A DNA stretch of 64,000 nucleotides from Thalia democratica (GCA_965202585.1 OZ241829.1:73594001-73658000); one strand, 5' to 3'. Counted from the stretch's first letter, positions 27,730 through 41,030 are shown. Made by a program: numbers and translations. Notes: generated by a model not told the origin, from the letters alone.

Positions 27730-28734
27730 AACAAAGTTTGCTCTTTGTAAAACAAAAATAAATTAGTCGAGCCTCTTAAAAGAAATACCTCTCGAAAACA
27801 GACAGCCTATCCAGTGGAGTTGTAGACTGGTCAAAAAATAGAGTATAAGCTCATAAGGAGTATACAAAACAGTCAACTGAAAAAAAACGGAAAGAATTGC
27901 CGGCTGAAAGACACCTGGTTTGATATCGAAGACAATTAAATCACAAGAGTGCATGGGCAAGGGTATCAATGGCGACGACAAATACATTGGTAAATAAGAT
28001 TTTATTATTTGGCGAACATATATATGAACGATTATATTATGTGCTTAGAACCAAAATTTTTGTGCACTGTTTACATATTAAGATAGTGCTTACCAATGGT
28101 TCTTGTTTGTTTTACTATTGCCGCTGCGATTTAAAATACGAAGTAAGCAAGTAGGTGCACGAATTTTATAGATAAACACATGCAACATAAGTTTGCCTGT
28201 TTACACTAAATGTAGGACCACCCAAAAGCGAGATATCTACTGATTGTCCAACAAATTTTATCCAGCTACTTATAACTGATAATCTAGAGTCATGGTCATA
28301 GAAACAATGCGACAAACTGGTTGTTAAATTGCCAAGTATCGAAAGTCTTAAAGGCTGCCTGAAGCTAGAAATACCGAAAGACCAAAAATAAATAGGCCAA
28401 CGTGTTTATTAAACTTATTCGCTGCTTCTGGCAGAGAAGACACGAGTCATACTTAAAAAGAATAATAAAAGCTGGTAAAAAACTTTCAAATCCAAAGGAG
28501 CAAACAACAAAACCACAAGCTCAGAGACACATAACCCAACGAGCCAACGCCAGTCACGGACAGCCTAAAACTCCGACTGACAACGGTGTTTGTTATCTGA
28601 GACAATAAAGATACTGCAACACAGCAATTGTTGCTCATCAGCCACAAAAAAACAAGTCACGATGATAGAAAGCAGTAAATGTCCTTTTAAAAATACTATC
28701 AAGAAACATAAAGTAGTCAATCAACAGTCTGCTA

Positions 28735-28790
28735 GACTCTCTAACGAAATCTCTAACAAGTGACGTCATAAACCATTTGTGACGTCACAC
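28735..28790 (-). promoter_or_regulatory. Short-spaced CRE pair (11-nt spacer)
   Basis: TGACGTCA 28761 and 28780. On the minus strand followed by TTAGAG..TTAGAGAG. Confidence 0.5.
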
Positions 28791-30277
28791 ACAAACCTTC
28801 AAACAGACTTATGAGAAACTCATGAAAGTGTTACAACCTGAACCAAGAATAATTAAAAACACACAACAATTAATATTTAAATAAAATTATACAATATGAA
28901 TGATATAAAAAATATTATTATGTAGTGCATGAATACATAAATATGATATATAGTACATAAATATTATTAAGCCTGCTCACAAAAAAATATCTTGCCAGAG
29001 CCGCAACCTATCAACGGTAAACAAAGTCAGCATACATTTGTTGACTATACGGGTTACGTAAGATCCTACAACAAACTTCAAAACAGTTTAGAATAATCTG
29101 ATCAAAAAAATATTAAAAAAAAACTATTTGGTCGTTGACATGAAAATAACGATAGGCAACTAAAGACAATACTTTACTTAAGTGAAAGCAACGTCAAGAT
29201 ACAAAAAACTTAACGTTTGAAATGAACAGAGCTCCAGCAGTCAACTTAAAAGACCTTTTTAGACCTATCACATTTTGTGAATAGTGAAGATAACGTGGTC
29301 GTTTTGGTGTAAACTTTTGGTGTTTTATAAATTGAATCAATAGTTAACAGCAAATTAGAACAGTTTAAGAAACGATGTATCATACTTATGTAATACTTTT
29401 TTACCTATATCACTCACCGAAAATGTGAAACTCATAAATAATACATAATTTCTTTGATATCCAAGTATCGAAAACTGTGATAAGTATTATACATTGTTTG
29501 TTAAAATATACTAAATTAGACATGCTTATGTACCATACTTTTTGACTAGCTAAATCAGAATTACACGAGTAAAGTTGAAAATATTTTTCAGCATTGTTTC
29601 GTAGGTTGTTTAAACTAACAGAAAAACAAACATTTCACTGTTAGAAAAAATGAAGAATCATGGTAGAAAAGTTTCTAGAAACTACAAGGATACTAAAATG
29701 TACTGAAATTATCACGGTAGAGGTTGTTTTACACAATGAAAAACCAAACATAAGCACAAAGATGTTGGGTCGGAGAACTAAATAAAAAGATAACTGTAAA
29801 ACGAGGTACTGAGACTGAGCACAAATGCACTGAGCGACAACTTTACATGGATTTCATTTTATTAGGTTTCAATTTTGCACTGGTGACAATTTTAACATGA
29901 ATTCACTTTTGTACGACGTCACATTTTTCACAGTTGTCATTTTGCATTAAGCATCTTGTCGAGAAATTCTAGTTAAAAACTTTATAATAAGTTTAAGAAA
30001 GCAAAATTTACATGGTGCATTAGTAACCCCTTTACAAAACTGACTACACGTGCAAAATTGACCCTTCGCTGTTTTAGTATCTTCAAAGAGGGCTTAATAA
30101 AAGTAGCTTTAGACTCCTTATACTGATCACAATTATACAAAATTTTTAAAAACATATGTTAAGACTGATTTAGGTTTAAACATTTTAAGTAGTAGCTTAA
30201 TTAATCAAAGACAAAGTGGTGCAAAAAAAATATTTCTGGTTACTTACACTATATGTAATATAAATATGAAAACTTAC

Positions 30278-30371
30278 TTGGAGTGTTTGCTGAGCTTGCA
30301 ATTTTCAACATTGATGTCATTCTTAAAGTCATTGCTCGTTTTTCTTTCTCAAAAATAGCATATCCCTCCAG
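30278..30371 (-). other. Exon-like segment, family E (94 nt, ORF broken)
   Basis: Minus strand: TTTTTGTTCAACAG| ... ACTCCAA|GTAAGT. Confidence 0.5.
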
Positions 30372-31289
30372 CTGTTGAACAAAAATTGAACATTTTTTCG
30401 AATAAAGATTTTAATCATACTATTAATGAGTTTTGCGTATTTTGCTTTATAAATAGTTTAACATTGCCGTTTAAACCTACAGTAAAAGTTATGTTTTTTT
30501 TTTTATGACTTGACTACTGAAGCTACTTTTCAGAATTATTTAATAAAAACTAAAAAACACGTAACAGTATTGGATTATCTTATTAAATAGTTAGTTTTTA
30601 TTATTTAGAAATATTGATTAAATAATGAAGTGATAATAAAAGATCTACTACACGATCAGCTTATTAATTAACAACTCTTATTATAAACTATTGAATTTTT
30701 TCGACTAAAGCTCTTCTATAGTTAACAACTTTCGAATCTAAACAATTTATTAAATTTTACTTCAAGCTAAAGTATTTTCGACGTTACAAAAAGCGTTCAG
30801 TATCCAAAGTTCTTAATTAGTAAACCATGCTAGTCGAAGAGTTAAAGGTCATCAATTTGCTATATAAAAACTAAGTATGTTTGTTCGATATTAACTGGAT
30901 ACACTGAAGTATTTAATTTGCTTTAAATTTGTTTTTTAAAAATAAAAACTAAAACGGTTAATACAACTGTAGATAAACGTTTTAAATAACATGATTTTAT
31001 AAAAAAAAAGTTTTGATCAAGAGTTCAAAAGACATATTGACCCAAAAAAGAACAAGTTTTTTTTGGTAAGTTTATTTTACTTAAAATAGATTGACTTTTT
31101 TCGGTTAATATGCGTATCTAATAAAAATTTTACGGTAACTTCGTGTTAAAAATAAGATAGGAATACGTTTAAGAGTCGGAAATAAAAACTTCTGCAGTCA
31201 ACTTTGCGGTAGCTAAAATAACAAAAAAAATGGCGTCTGAAAACAGTATAGGAGAAAATCACACAACTGAAAACTGCAAGTCACAGACA

Positions 31290-31530
31290 AAACCTATTAA
31301 CCTAACAAGACGACTTTAGCAGTTGAAGATTACAATAATGAAAATATTTTAGTCGTGTTCGAGACGACTTTGAAATTGTGCGTAGATTTGTTAGAATCGG
31401 TCAATGCACTTACTTGCGCTGGTAATTTGTATATATTTTCATTTTAGTCAAGAGTGCTTGTTATTTTTTTAATACTACGTCATTAAAAATGAGAGATAAA
31501 ATTTGGGAAGCGTAAAAATTTGAGATAGCT
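31290..31530 (+). promoter_or_regulatory. Cassette variant with AGTCGT-gttcgag-ACGACT hairpin
   Basis: Hairpin 31351-31369, minus-strand GTAAGT 31408-31413, then TACGTCA..GCGTAAAAATTTGAGA. Confidence 0.5.
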
Positions 31531-32826
31531 GTTTTGTACTTTATTTTGTTTAAAAAAAAGAGCTGCTTAAAGGAACACGATCATAGTTAAAACAAAACAA
31601 TCTTTAAAAAACGTTTAAAACAGTCGCTTATTATTAAAAACTGGTAACATAATAGACATAATACAAAGTTGTTTTAAAACTTGTTGTAAACGTTTTATTT
31701 TTTTAATTGCTATCTTTTTATCTAGCTGCACTTATCTTAAAAAAGTCATCGGCAACAACAAAACAAAAAATAGTGATTTGGAAAATTTATATACATTATT
31801 TATCTTGGCTCCAATGTTATATCAAACGGATCATTAGACTTAAAATTCAATAGTCGAATCAATGAATTTAAATAATTAGTCGAATTAATGAGTTCTGCGT
31901 ATTTTAGTTTATTAATAGTTTAGCATTTCTGTTTAAACCTACAGTTAAAGTTATGTTTATTTATTTTTATAAGTTGACTATCAAAGCTACTTTTCAGTTT
32001 TTTTTATACAAAAAACTTAAAAAAAACATAATATTATTGCATTGTCTTATTAAATAGTTAGTTTTTATAATTAAAAAAATTGACACAAGAATGGAGTGAT
32101 AATTAGAGAGTAAGTAAACGATCAACTTTTAGTAAAATTTGTTGATTTAAGAGGCTCATTCAGAGAAATAAGCTTTGTAAGAGTGTAAACTGTAGTTGGT
32201 TTTAATTTTGAACGATCAACTCTTATCATTAACAATTGAAACTTTTAGACTTGATTGTTTTTATAATTGACAACTGGAATCTAAAAAACTTAATGAATTT
32301 TACTTCAAGCTGAAGTATTTTTACGTCACAAAAACGTTCAGATTCTAAAGTTGTTTATTAATTAAACCAGGTTAGTCGAAAAATTCAATGGACATCGAGT
32401 TGCTATATAAAAAAATAAGTATTGTTGTTTGATGTTAAACTAAATGTACTGAAGTATTCAGTTTGATTTATTTTTTTTTATAAAATAAAAATGCTACTGT
32501 AGATAAACGTGTTAAATGATACTATTTGACTTTTTAAAACGGTTTTTATTTATATTTAAAAACATGTGGACCTAATAAAGAAACAAACTTTTATTGTTAA
32601 GGCTATTTTGGTTTTATAATTTAAAGGTGTTTTTTTAGTTATATGCGTACTCAATGAAAATTTATTGCATTTTCTTCAAAATAACAGATAAAAATTTGAA
32701 ATAAGAAAGGAACGCGTGAAAGAGTCGAAGTTAAAACTGCTGATGACAACACTGCAGTGGCTAAAATAACAAAAAATGGCGTGTTATTAGCAAATAAGAG
32801 AAAATCGCGCAACTGAAAACTGCCTG

Positions 32827-33090
32827 CGACGTCATAATACATATAAAATGACGTCACAAGCTGATTTTAGGAAGTAAAGATTTCAAGGTTGAAAGTTTTG
32901 AGAATATTTTAGTCGTGTTCGAGACGACTTTGAAATTGAGCGTAGATTTTTTAGAATCAGTCAATGCACTTACTGGGGCTGATACTTTAAATCTAATTTC
33001 ATCTAGTTGGGAGAGATTGTGATTCTTTTTTTTATTTTACGTCATCAAACATAAAACACTAAGTAAGTAAAAGTAAATTTTGAAAGAGAG
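32827..33090 (+). promoter_or_regulatory. Cassette variant with paired CRE and AGTCGT-gttcgag-ACGACT hairpin
   Basis: CGACGTCA 32827, TGACGTCA 32849, hairpin 32911-32929. Confidence 0.55.
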
Positions 33091-34019
33091 CTGTTTGGTG
33101 GTTTTATGATTTCAGAAATTAATTTGTTACAAAAGTGAAGTGTTTGGTGGCGCTCGATCATAACTAAAACAAAATAATAGTTAAATTAACGTTCAAAATA
33201 GTCACTTACTATTTAAAAATGGTAATGTGATAGACATAAAACGTTAAAAAGATGATTTAAAATTTGTTATAAATAATTCTTTTTAAACTAATATCTTTTA
33301 ATTTAGCTGCATTTATCTTGAATAAAGTTATCGGCAACGTTAAAGCAAAAATATTACAATGATGTTGAAAATGTATATACATTACTATACTTGGCTTAAT
33401 TGTAGCATCAGTCAAATCAATAGGCTTAGAAATGAATAGTCGAATTAGTAAGACGTCAGACATGTTTAACCGTATATTTTTTAAGATTTTAAGACAAAAA
33501 GAACTAAGTATTCGCACGTTGTTTAAGGTTTATTGCGTCTATGTTAATTCGCTTTACAAAAACGTAGATCTTGTCACAAGTACAAACAAATGAAAATTTC
33601 CGACCTAAGATGCCTCCGTCATATCCATAGAGTGTCTTAGAGCAACGAAAAGATCGACGAAAAGAAAATTTTTAGACGTACTAGTCTTACCACCATACTA
33701 GCACTTCGCCCTCAATAGGCGCTGGCTTTGCTGGCTCCGTCATGTTCGGAGGAAAGGTGGTGAGCGAGTCCCAAAAATTTACATGGTGCAAAAGTAACCA
33801 CTGTACAAAACTTGACGTGCAAATATGATTCTTCGCTGTTTATGTGTCTTCAAAGAGGGCGTAAAAAAGTAGGACTCCTTATGTATATCACAGTTATACA
33901 AATGTTATTAGATTCAGTTTTTTAGATTGAATTTAGGTTAAAATAACATAATTAGTAATTTTAATGAGCTTAATTAATCAAAGACAAAGGTGTGCAACAA
34001 AAAGTTAGTTCTGGTTACA

Positions 34020-34810
34020 ACTATTAAAGCTAATTTTAAGACAAAGAAAATAAAAGTTAAAAATCGGTCTCAAAAACCGTTTTTTAAAGTCGTACTAAGT
34101 TAAATTTATATTTCTGTTTAAAATTAATGAAATTCAGTTTATTTTTATTTAATGTATTCAAAATTGTTTTAATTTAAAAGTACAAAAAAACTGTACTTAT
34201 ATAGTATATTTTAATTACGATTATGAATATGAATTAAAAGAACTGTAGTACATTAATATATTGTTCTACGTATAACTTTAAATAAAAACTTTCCTTTAAA
34301 ATACTATCACATTATATCTATTCAAAACAGCTTGCGTTTAAAAGCGAATATTATTCAAGTTCACAAAATAAAATTATATTTAATCTATTTAAATTTTTAT
34401 TAAAGAAAATAAAGATTAGAGCGTGCAAAAGTGAAACTCCGTTCAAAATTGACTGATTGATTCAAATTTTTGCAGTTCATAAGTATATCCGTGAAAATAT
34501 AACGCTGTGCGAAAGATACGCTTTGGAAAAATATCGCCATGCAAACGTAACGTCTTGCCAAAGTTTAGACGTGTAAAAATGTTGTCGTGCAAAAATGACA
34601 ACCGTGCAAAAGTGACGCCGTGCAAAAGTGTTCCCTCGTGCTAAATAAACGTTCCTGCAAAAGTGTCTCCTCGTGCAAAAGTGACACCCACCCATATACA
34701 GTATGCCATAAGGTGCTAATATCACTACTTTAATGAAACTCGAGGATACTGACATTTTTGTCTGTCTAAACAATTATAGTTAAGATAACATATATTCGCT
34801 TGAATGATCA
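34020..34810. repeat. Duplicate of 26130-26960 (spacer and right arm of the foldback element)
   Basis: Colinear by eye, e.g. AAAAATCGGTCTCAAAA, GATACGCTTTG and CCCATATA.AGTATGCCATAAGGTGCTAATATCACT. Confidence 0.8.
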
Positions 34811-35199
34811 TCTACTAATGGAAAATTTTGCCTGTTTACACTAAATGATAAGATAATAAATGAAAGACAAGATATGTACTGATTATCCAACAAATTTTAT
34901 CCAGCTACCTTGAACTGAGACTAGCAGATTTTCATAATTGATTGAATGGATTTATGATTCGGGTGAAGTATAATGAACGTGAAACAAATATTTGAATAAA
35001 GCACGTACAAATTTTCTTAAGTTTACGTATTTTAACTAAATGTTTAGGATAAAACATGATTAGTAAAGTAGATCTCAATGTATTGTTCGATAAAAAACAA
35101 AACTATGCAACAAGAGGATTAATCTGACAACTTATACAGTAATACATTTAACATCAGTACATAAATATGATATGGGTATGAGTCAAATATTCACGAAGA

Positions 35200-35705
35200 G
35201 ACATTTTTTATCTATAATATTTTTTTTATTTTATCACTATTACCCCTAACCTTACCCTCGGTCGGTAAATTCCTTTTACTTTATAAATTAGTATTTTAAA
35301 TTAAATTTTTAGCTCATTAGTTTTTATTTATTATTTATTTTTTATTTTATTATCACCATTACACCTAGCCCTTACCTTCAGCCTGTTTTATTTTTCTTTT
35401 ATTTGAAATATTGTTATTTTTTTTATAATGATAGTTTTTATTAGTTATTCTTTTTATCTTATTTTTACTACCACTGTTACCCCTAACCCTTGTCCTAGGT
35501 CGGTAACCTCTTTTTATGCTTTTTGTTATTTTATTAATTATATTTCATGTTTTTGTATTATTTTTTTTTTGTTTTATTTGACTCTCGTGCAAACATAACC
35601 CTTTATTCAGAAGTGACCCGCCTTGCAAAAGTGTCTTGGTTCAAAAGTGTCCCTTCGTGCATATTTGATCCTTTGTACAAAAGTGTATTCGTGCATATTT
35701 AACCT
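35200..35705. repeat. Three ~130-bp repeats with TTACCCCTAACC cores in T-rich sequence, followed by GTGCAAAAGTG modules
   Basis: Cores near 35220, 35360 and 35478; foldback-family modules at 35583-35705. Probably a transposon remnant. Confidence 0.5.
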
Positions 35706-36291
35706 GTTCCCATATAGTATAGTAATACAATAATTTTAAATTTATAATATATATAACTCACAGGTGTTTTGGCTGTGTTTTCCTCGAGAAATTTCAACTC
35801 CTGGTGAGTTCATACACTCGTGATGTCAAAAATTTGTTAAATGTCTTTCATTCTTAAAACCTTGATCTTTAAACTCCGTGCAACTGTTAAAACATTAAAG
35901 TTTAGTTATTACTTTTATACGAAGTATAATTTGAAAAAGTAATAAATAGCTCGCTAACAAAATTCACAAATAAGGTACGATATTAACTACTTACCAAAAA
36001 TGTACACTTTCACTACTGTTTAATTCTCACTGCATGACGTCAATATAATTCTTCAAACTCCTTCATTTGGCTGTTAAAAGTTTTAAATTTTATCTTAATA
36101 GGAAGCACAACTAACTTTAAAGTTAACAACAATCTATAATATTTTAAAGTTTTGAAGTATAAAAAATTTTTTCTTTATAATAATTTAATTCTAAAAGTAT
36201 TGTTCATAGTTTTATTTGATACACAATAGCAACCAAAATAAAGCATATTTTAAATTTAAATTTTATTTATAACTTGAAACAAAGTTTAGAC

Positions 36292-36790
36292 CAGTGTTTT
36301 CAAAAGCGGGCCATTACAGCAAAGAGGTCAAAAGGTTGAGGGGGCATGAGTAGTAAAGGGACCAAAGACCATAGTTTAAAACTTACACAAGATATTCTAT
36401 GTTTGTTGGGGAAAAGTAAAAAAAAAAGGTTTTAATTTTATTTTAAGTAGTTTTTTAAGAATTCTTGTCGGAGGTGCCATAGTTATACTGATATAGCCAT
36501 AGTTATACTGAACAACAAACATGTTTTTATTAGTTTGTTTTACTTAATTTTTATTTTATTTTCAGTATATTCTTTTAAATCTTAGCTAATCGTTATTATT
36601 TATTAAAAATTGTGTTTGACACGCTTATGTATAAGTTTTAATTCTTTATTCTATACTAATAATCAAGAAAAAAAATTAAAAGTTCTAAACAGTAAAAAAG
36701 TTATTTTGTGGTGATCAGACTTAATTTTATTTTGGTGTATAGAATTAAATTCTTAAAAATTTGAAAAATGTAACATTAAAGACTGCATTT
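36292..36790 (+). mobile_element. Possible hAT left end
   Basis: GTTTAGAC|CAGTGTTTTCAAAAGCGGG resembles a Buster-type end in its preferred target. No convincing right TIR or TSD found. Confidence 0.3.
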
Positions 36791-36874
36791 AAGTTTTTTA
36801 CAATAAGCGAAATATGAAAAAACTTCACAGCACCGTTTGCACAAGGTAAAAAAAATAAAAGCGAAGAACTATTA

Positions 36875-37160
36875 TGACGTCACTAGTAATAAAGTTTATT
36901 TGACGTCACGATTCTCTTTTGGCTTCACCAGCCAAAGCTTGAAGCGAAATCACCGATTGGCTTCAAAGTCAAGATGAGTTAGTTTAAAGTCATGTTGAAA
37001 ATGATTGCAAAATCGACAACAAAAGATTGCCACGGAGCTACGACTATACTAATATAAGACTTACTTTGAAGCCAATTTGTGATGTTAAAACGAGCGAATG
37101 ATGTTTTCAATTCATGACGTCATCAAAAAATCCATTTTTATGACGAATTAATGTGAGAAC
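36875..37160 (+). promoter_or_regulatory. Full CRE/hairpin cassette at unit start
   Basis: TGACGTCA 36875 and 36901, hairpin AGTCAT-gttgaaa-ATGATT 36988-37006, TGACGTCA 37115, TGACG 37141, TGAGAA. Confidence 0.55.
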
Positions 37161-38079
37161 TTCTTTTTTCCTTGTCTTGTTTAGATTAAGCTATAAATTT
37201 TAAGCTTATTTCTGAACCTTTTTCACTTGTTATCTGCAGATGGTTGGTTTGAAAACTCTTTACAATATGCACAAATCTTACAAAGGTAGTATTAAAAATC
37301 TTATGCACTCTTAAGAGTTACATAGCTTATTGTATCATATTTGATAGTTCAGTATCATATCTATTTTTAAAAATCGCTCATTTTTAGATATATATGGATG
37401 TTTTTTAAAATAAGTAACTCCGAATAGTTGAATAACATAAAGCGTGTGCCTCAACGTTTTAAGTACTAATACGACATAACTAACATTTTTTATAGATCAC
37501 AACATCTTTTATATAGGGGCAAATAAACAACTTTAAACTGTGACAACTCTGTTTGTCAGTAACAAACACAGTATAAATGAAGGTATATTGTACTCAGTTT
37601 TCCTGAATGTTTCAATAGAATTTCGTCATTACAAATAAGCGGCAAGCTGATTATTAAATTGCCAAAGTATCGAAAGTCTTACAAGGCAATCTGAAGCTAG
37701 AAATACCAAAAGACCGCCAGGAAATGGGTTAACGTGTTTGGACTAAACTTATTCGCTGCCTCTAGCAGAGAAGACACAAGTCAGACTTAAAAAGAATAAT
37801 AGAAGCAGCTAAAAACGTTCAAATCCAAAGGAGCAAACAACCTTAACACAAACTTAGAGTCACACAACTAAACAAACCAACGTCAGTCACGGAAAGCCTA
37901 AAACTCCGACTGACAAAGATGTTTGTTATTGGAGACAATGGAGATTCTGCAACACATCAATGAGTTGCATCGTTGCTCATCAGCCAACAAAAAACTAGTT
38001 ACAATGATAGAATGCAGTAAAATTTTAAAACAAAAATACTATCAAGAAACATAAAGTAGTAAAACATTAGTCTGTTATA

Positions 38080-38135
38080 CTCTCTAACACAACTTCTAAC
38101 ATATGACGTCATAAACCATTTGTGACGTCACACAC
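38080..38135 (-). promoter_or_regulatory. Short-spaced CRE pair (11-nt spacer)
   Basis: TGACGTCA 38104 and 38123. Confidence 0.5.
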
Positions 38136-39738
38136 AAACCTTCAAATAGGCTTGTGAGAAACTCACAAAACTGATACAACCTGAACCAAGTACAATTTAA
38201 GACACACACCAAAGAATATTAACATGCAAAATTTTAACATAAAATGATACAATATGAATGATACTATTATGAAGTGCATAAATGATATAAAATTAAATAA
38301 GCCTGCTCTCCGAAAATTATCTTGCCACAGCCGCAACCAATCAACGAAAAAAAAATTTTGCAATGCGGAATACGTAAGATCCTAAAACAAACTTCAAAAC
38401 AGTTTACAATAATTTAATCACAAAAAATTTTCAGAACCAAACTACTTGGTCGTTTACATCAAAATAACAATAGGCAACTAAAGACAGTATTTTACTGAAG
38501 TGAAAGCATCGTCAAGACACAAAAAATGAACGTTTGAAATAAACAAAACTTCAGCATTCAACTTAAAAGACTTACTATAAAATCTGAAGTTTGTTGTGAA
38601 TAGTCGAGAGAACTTTTGGTAGGAACGGAATACCAGTCAGGAAAATTTGATAAACGGAATCAACAGGTGTTTAACAGCAAATCAGAGCAGTTTAAGGAAC
38701 GATGTAATCATATTCATTAATAATGATTTTTGAATTTCACCACTCACCAGAAATGTAAAACTCATCACTATGAAAGTAATATTACATAATTTTCTCACAT
38801 CCAAGTATCGAAAACTGTGATAGGTTTTATACGTTATTTATAAAAATATACTACATTTGACATGCTGATGAACCACCGCTTTATGACTAGCTAAATTAGA
38901 ATTACACGAGTAAAGTTGAAAATATTTTTCCGTGATTAAGTAGAAACCCTAAAGGTTGTTTTAACTAACAGAATAACAAACATTTTACTGTTAAGAAAAA
39001 TGTTAGAAAAGTTACTAGAAACTATTTAAATTATCAAGGTAGAGGTTGCTTTAAAAAATGAAAAACAAAAGTTAAGCAGAAAGATGTTGAATCGGAGAAC
39101 TAAACAAAAAAATAACAATAAAAAGAACTTGTAGAACGTAGTAGCTTAGACGGGCACTAATGCACTGAGCGACAATTTTTGATGGAATTTTTTATAGGTG
39201 TCAATTTTGCACCGGTGTCAACATTTTACAATTTTCAACTTTGTATTGAGTCACTTTTTACCAATTTTAATTTTACAAGACGTCACTTTTTTAGGGCTAC
39301 CGATTTCGCATGGAGTCACTTTTGCACGGGTGACACTTTTTTCATGTAGTCACTTTTGTAAGGCGTCATATTTTTACGGTTGTCATTTTGCATTAAGCAT
39401 CTTGTCTAGAAATTCTAATTAAAAATTTTTTATGAAATTTAAGAAAGCAAAATTTTCATGGTGCAAAAGTAACTACTTTACAAAACTGACTACACGTGCA
39501 AAATTAACCCTTCGCTGTTTATGTAACTTCGAAGAGGGCTTAAATAAAAGTAGCTTGGGACTCCTAATGTAGATCACACTTATTCAAATGTTTCCAAATT
39601 CAATTGTTTAAATTGAACTTAGTATAAAAATCATAAGTAGTAGTTTTTAATGAGCTGAATTAATCAAAGACAAAGTTGTGCAACAAAATGTTAGTTCTGG
39701 TTACTTACACTATATGTATTGTAAATATGAAAACTTAC

Positions 39739-39833
39739 TGGGAGTGTTTGCTGAGTTAGCGATTTCCAGCATTGATGTCAGCCTAAGAAGTCGTTGCTCG
39801 TTTTTCTTTCTTAAAAGTAGCATCTCCGTTAAA
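39739..39833 (-). other. Exon-like segment, family E (95 nt)
   Basis: Minus strand: TTTATTTTTTCAACAG| ... ACTCCCA|GTAAGT. Short ORF MLLLRKKNEQRLLRLTSMLEIANSANTP runs into the donor. Confidence 0.5.
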
Positions 39834-40789
39834 CTGTTGAAAAAATAAATTGAACATTTATTCAAATTAAATTCTAATCATACTATTAATGAGTTTTGCG
39901 TATTTTGCTTTATAAAAAGTTTAGCATTGTCGTTTAAACCTACAGTTAAAGTAACAATAGTTTATTTTTATGAGTTGACTACTGAAACTAGTTTTCAGGA
40001 TTTTTATATAAAAAACTAAAAACACATAATAGTATTGGATAATCTTACTAAATAGTTAGTCTGTTTTAAATATTGATAAAAAGATAAAGTGATAATAAAA
40101 GATCTATCACACGATCAGCTTATTAACAAACAACTCCTATTATAAAATATTGAAATTTTTTCGACCAAAGCTGTTTTATAATTAACAACTTTGGAATCTA
40201 AACAACTTGTCACATTTTACTTCAAACTAAAGTAATTTGACGTTACAAAAAACGTTCAGTATCCAATGTTCTTAGTTATTAAACCATGCTCTTAATTATT
40301 AAACCATGCTAGTCGATGAGTTATAGGTCATCAATTTACTATATAATAAAACTAAGTATGGTTGTTTGATCTTAACTGTATACACCGAAGTATTCAATTT
40401 GCTTTGATTTATTTTTAATGAAAATGAGAACGGTTAGTACAACTGTAGATAAACTTGTTAAACAACAAGACTTAAAAAAAAAAAAGGTTTTCATGAAGAG
40501 TTCAAAAGACATATGGACCCAAACAAGAACAAGTTTTTTTTGTTAAGTTAATTTTATTTATTTAAAGTAAATTGCCCATTTTTTGGTTAATATCCGAATC
40601 TAATGAAAGTTTTACTGTAACTTCGTCACAATAACATATAAAATGCTAAAAATTAGATAGGATTGCGTTTAGGAGTCTGGACTAACTTTTATGCAGTCAA
40701 CACTGCGGTAGCTAAAATAAGAAAAAAATTGCGTCTGAAAACGGTAGAGGAGAAAATCACACAACCGAAAACTGTCTGTCACAGGCGAA

Positions 40790-41030
40790 ACCTATTAACC
40801 TCACAAGATGACGTCATCTGAAGAAGATTCCAAGAATGAAAATATTTTAGTCGTGTTCGAGACGACTTTGAAAATGAGCGTAGATTTGTTAGAATTGGTC
40901 AATGCACTTACTGGTGCTGATAGTTTGTACATATTTTCATTTTAGACAAGAGTGCTTGTTAGTTTTTTAATATTACGTCATTAATAATGAGAGATAAAGT
41001 TAGGGAAGCGTTAAAACTTGATAAAGCTGT
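40790..41030 (+). promoter_or_regulatory. Cassette variant with AGTCGT-gttcgag-ACGACT hairpin
   Basis: TGACGTCA 40809, hairpin 40849-40867, minus-strand GTAAGT near 40905. Confidence 0.5.

Larger units (their letters stand above)
27580..36860. repeat. Tandem array unit U2 (~9.3 kb, internally rearranged)
   Basis: Starts with the same paired-CRE cassette as U3 and U4. 28290-33775 is colinear with U3/U4. Internal duplication 30425-31880 / 31890-33100. Confidence 0.8.

Noticed and set aside
33715-33745. MTEPAKPAP resembling the histone H2B N-terminus
   Set aside because: Similarity stops after about 9 residues, there is no histone fold, and paralogs lack the Met.
35200-35530. Interstitial telomere (CCCTAA)
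   Set aside because: Only isolated single cores within ~130-bp repeats, not a hexamer array.
38682-38769. Minus-strand box C/D snoRNA (GTGATGA ... CTGA)
   Set aside because: The CTGA is not conserved in the U2 or U4 paralogs and there is no good terminal stem.
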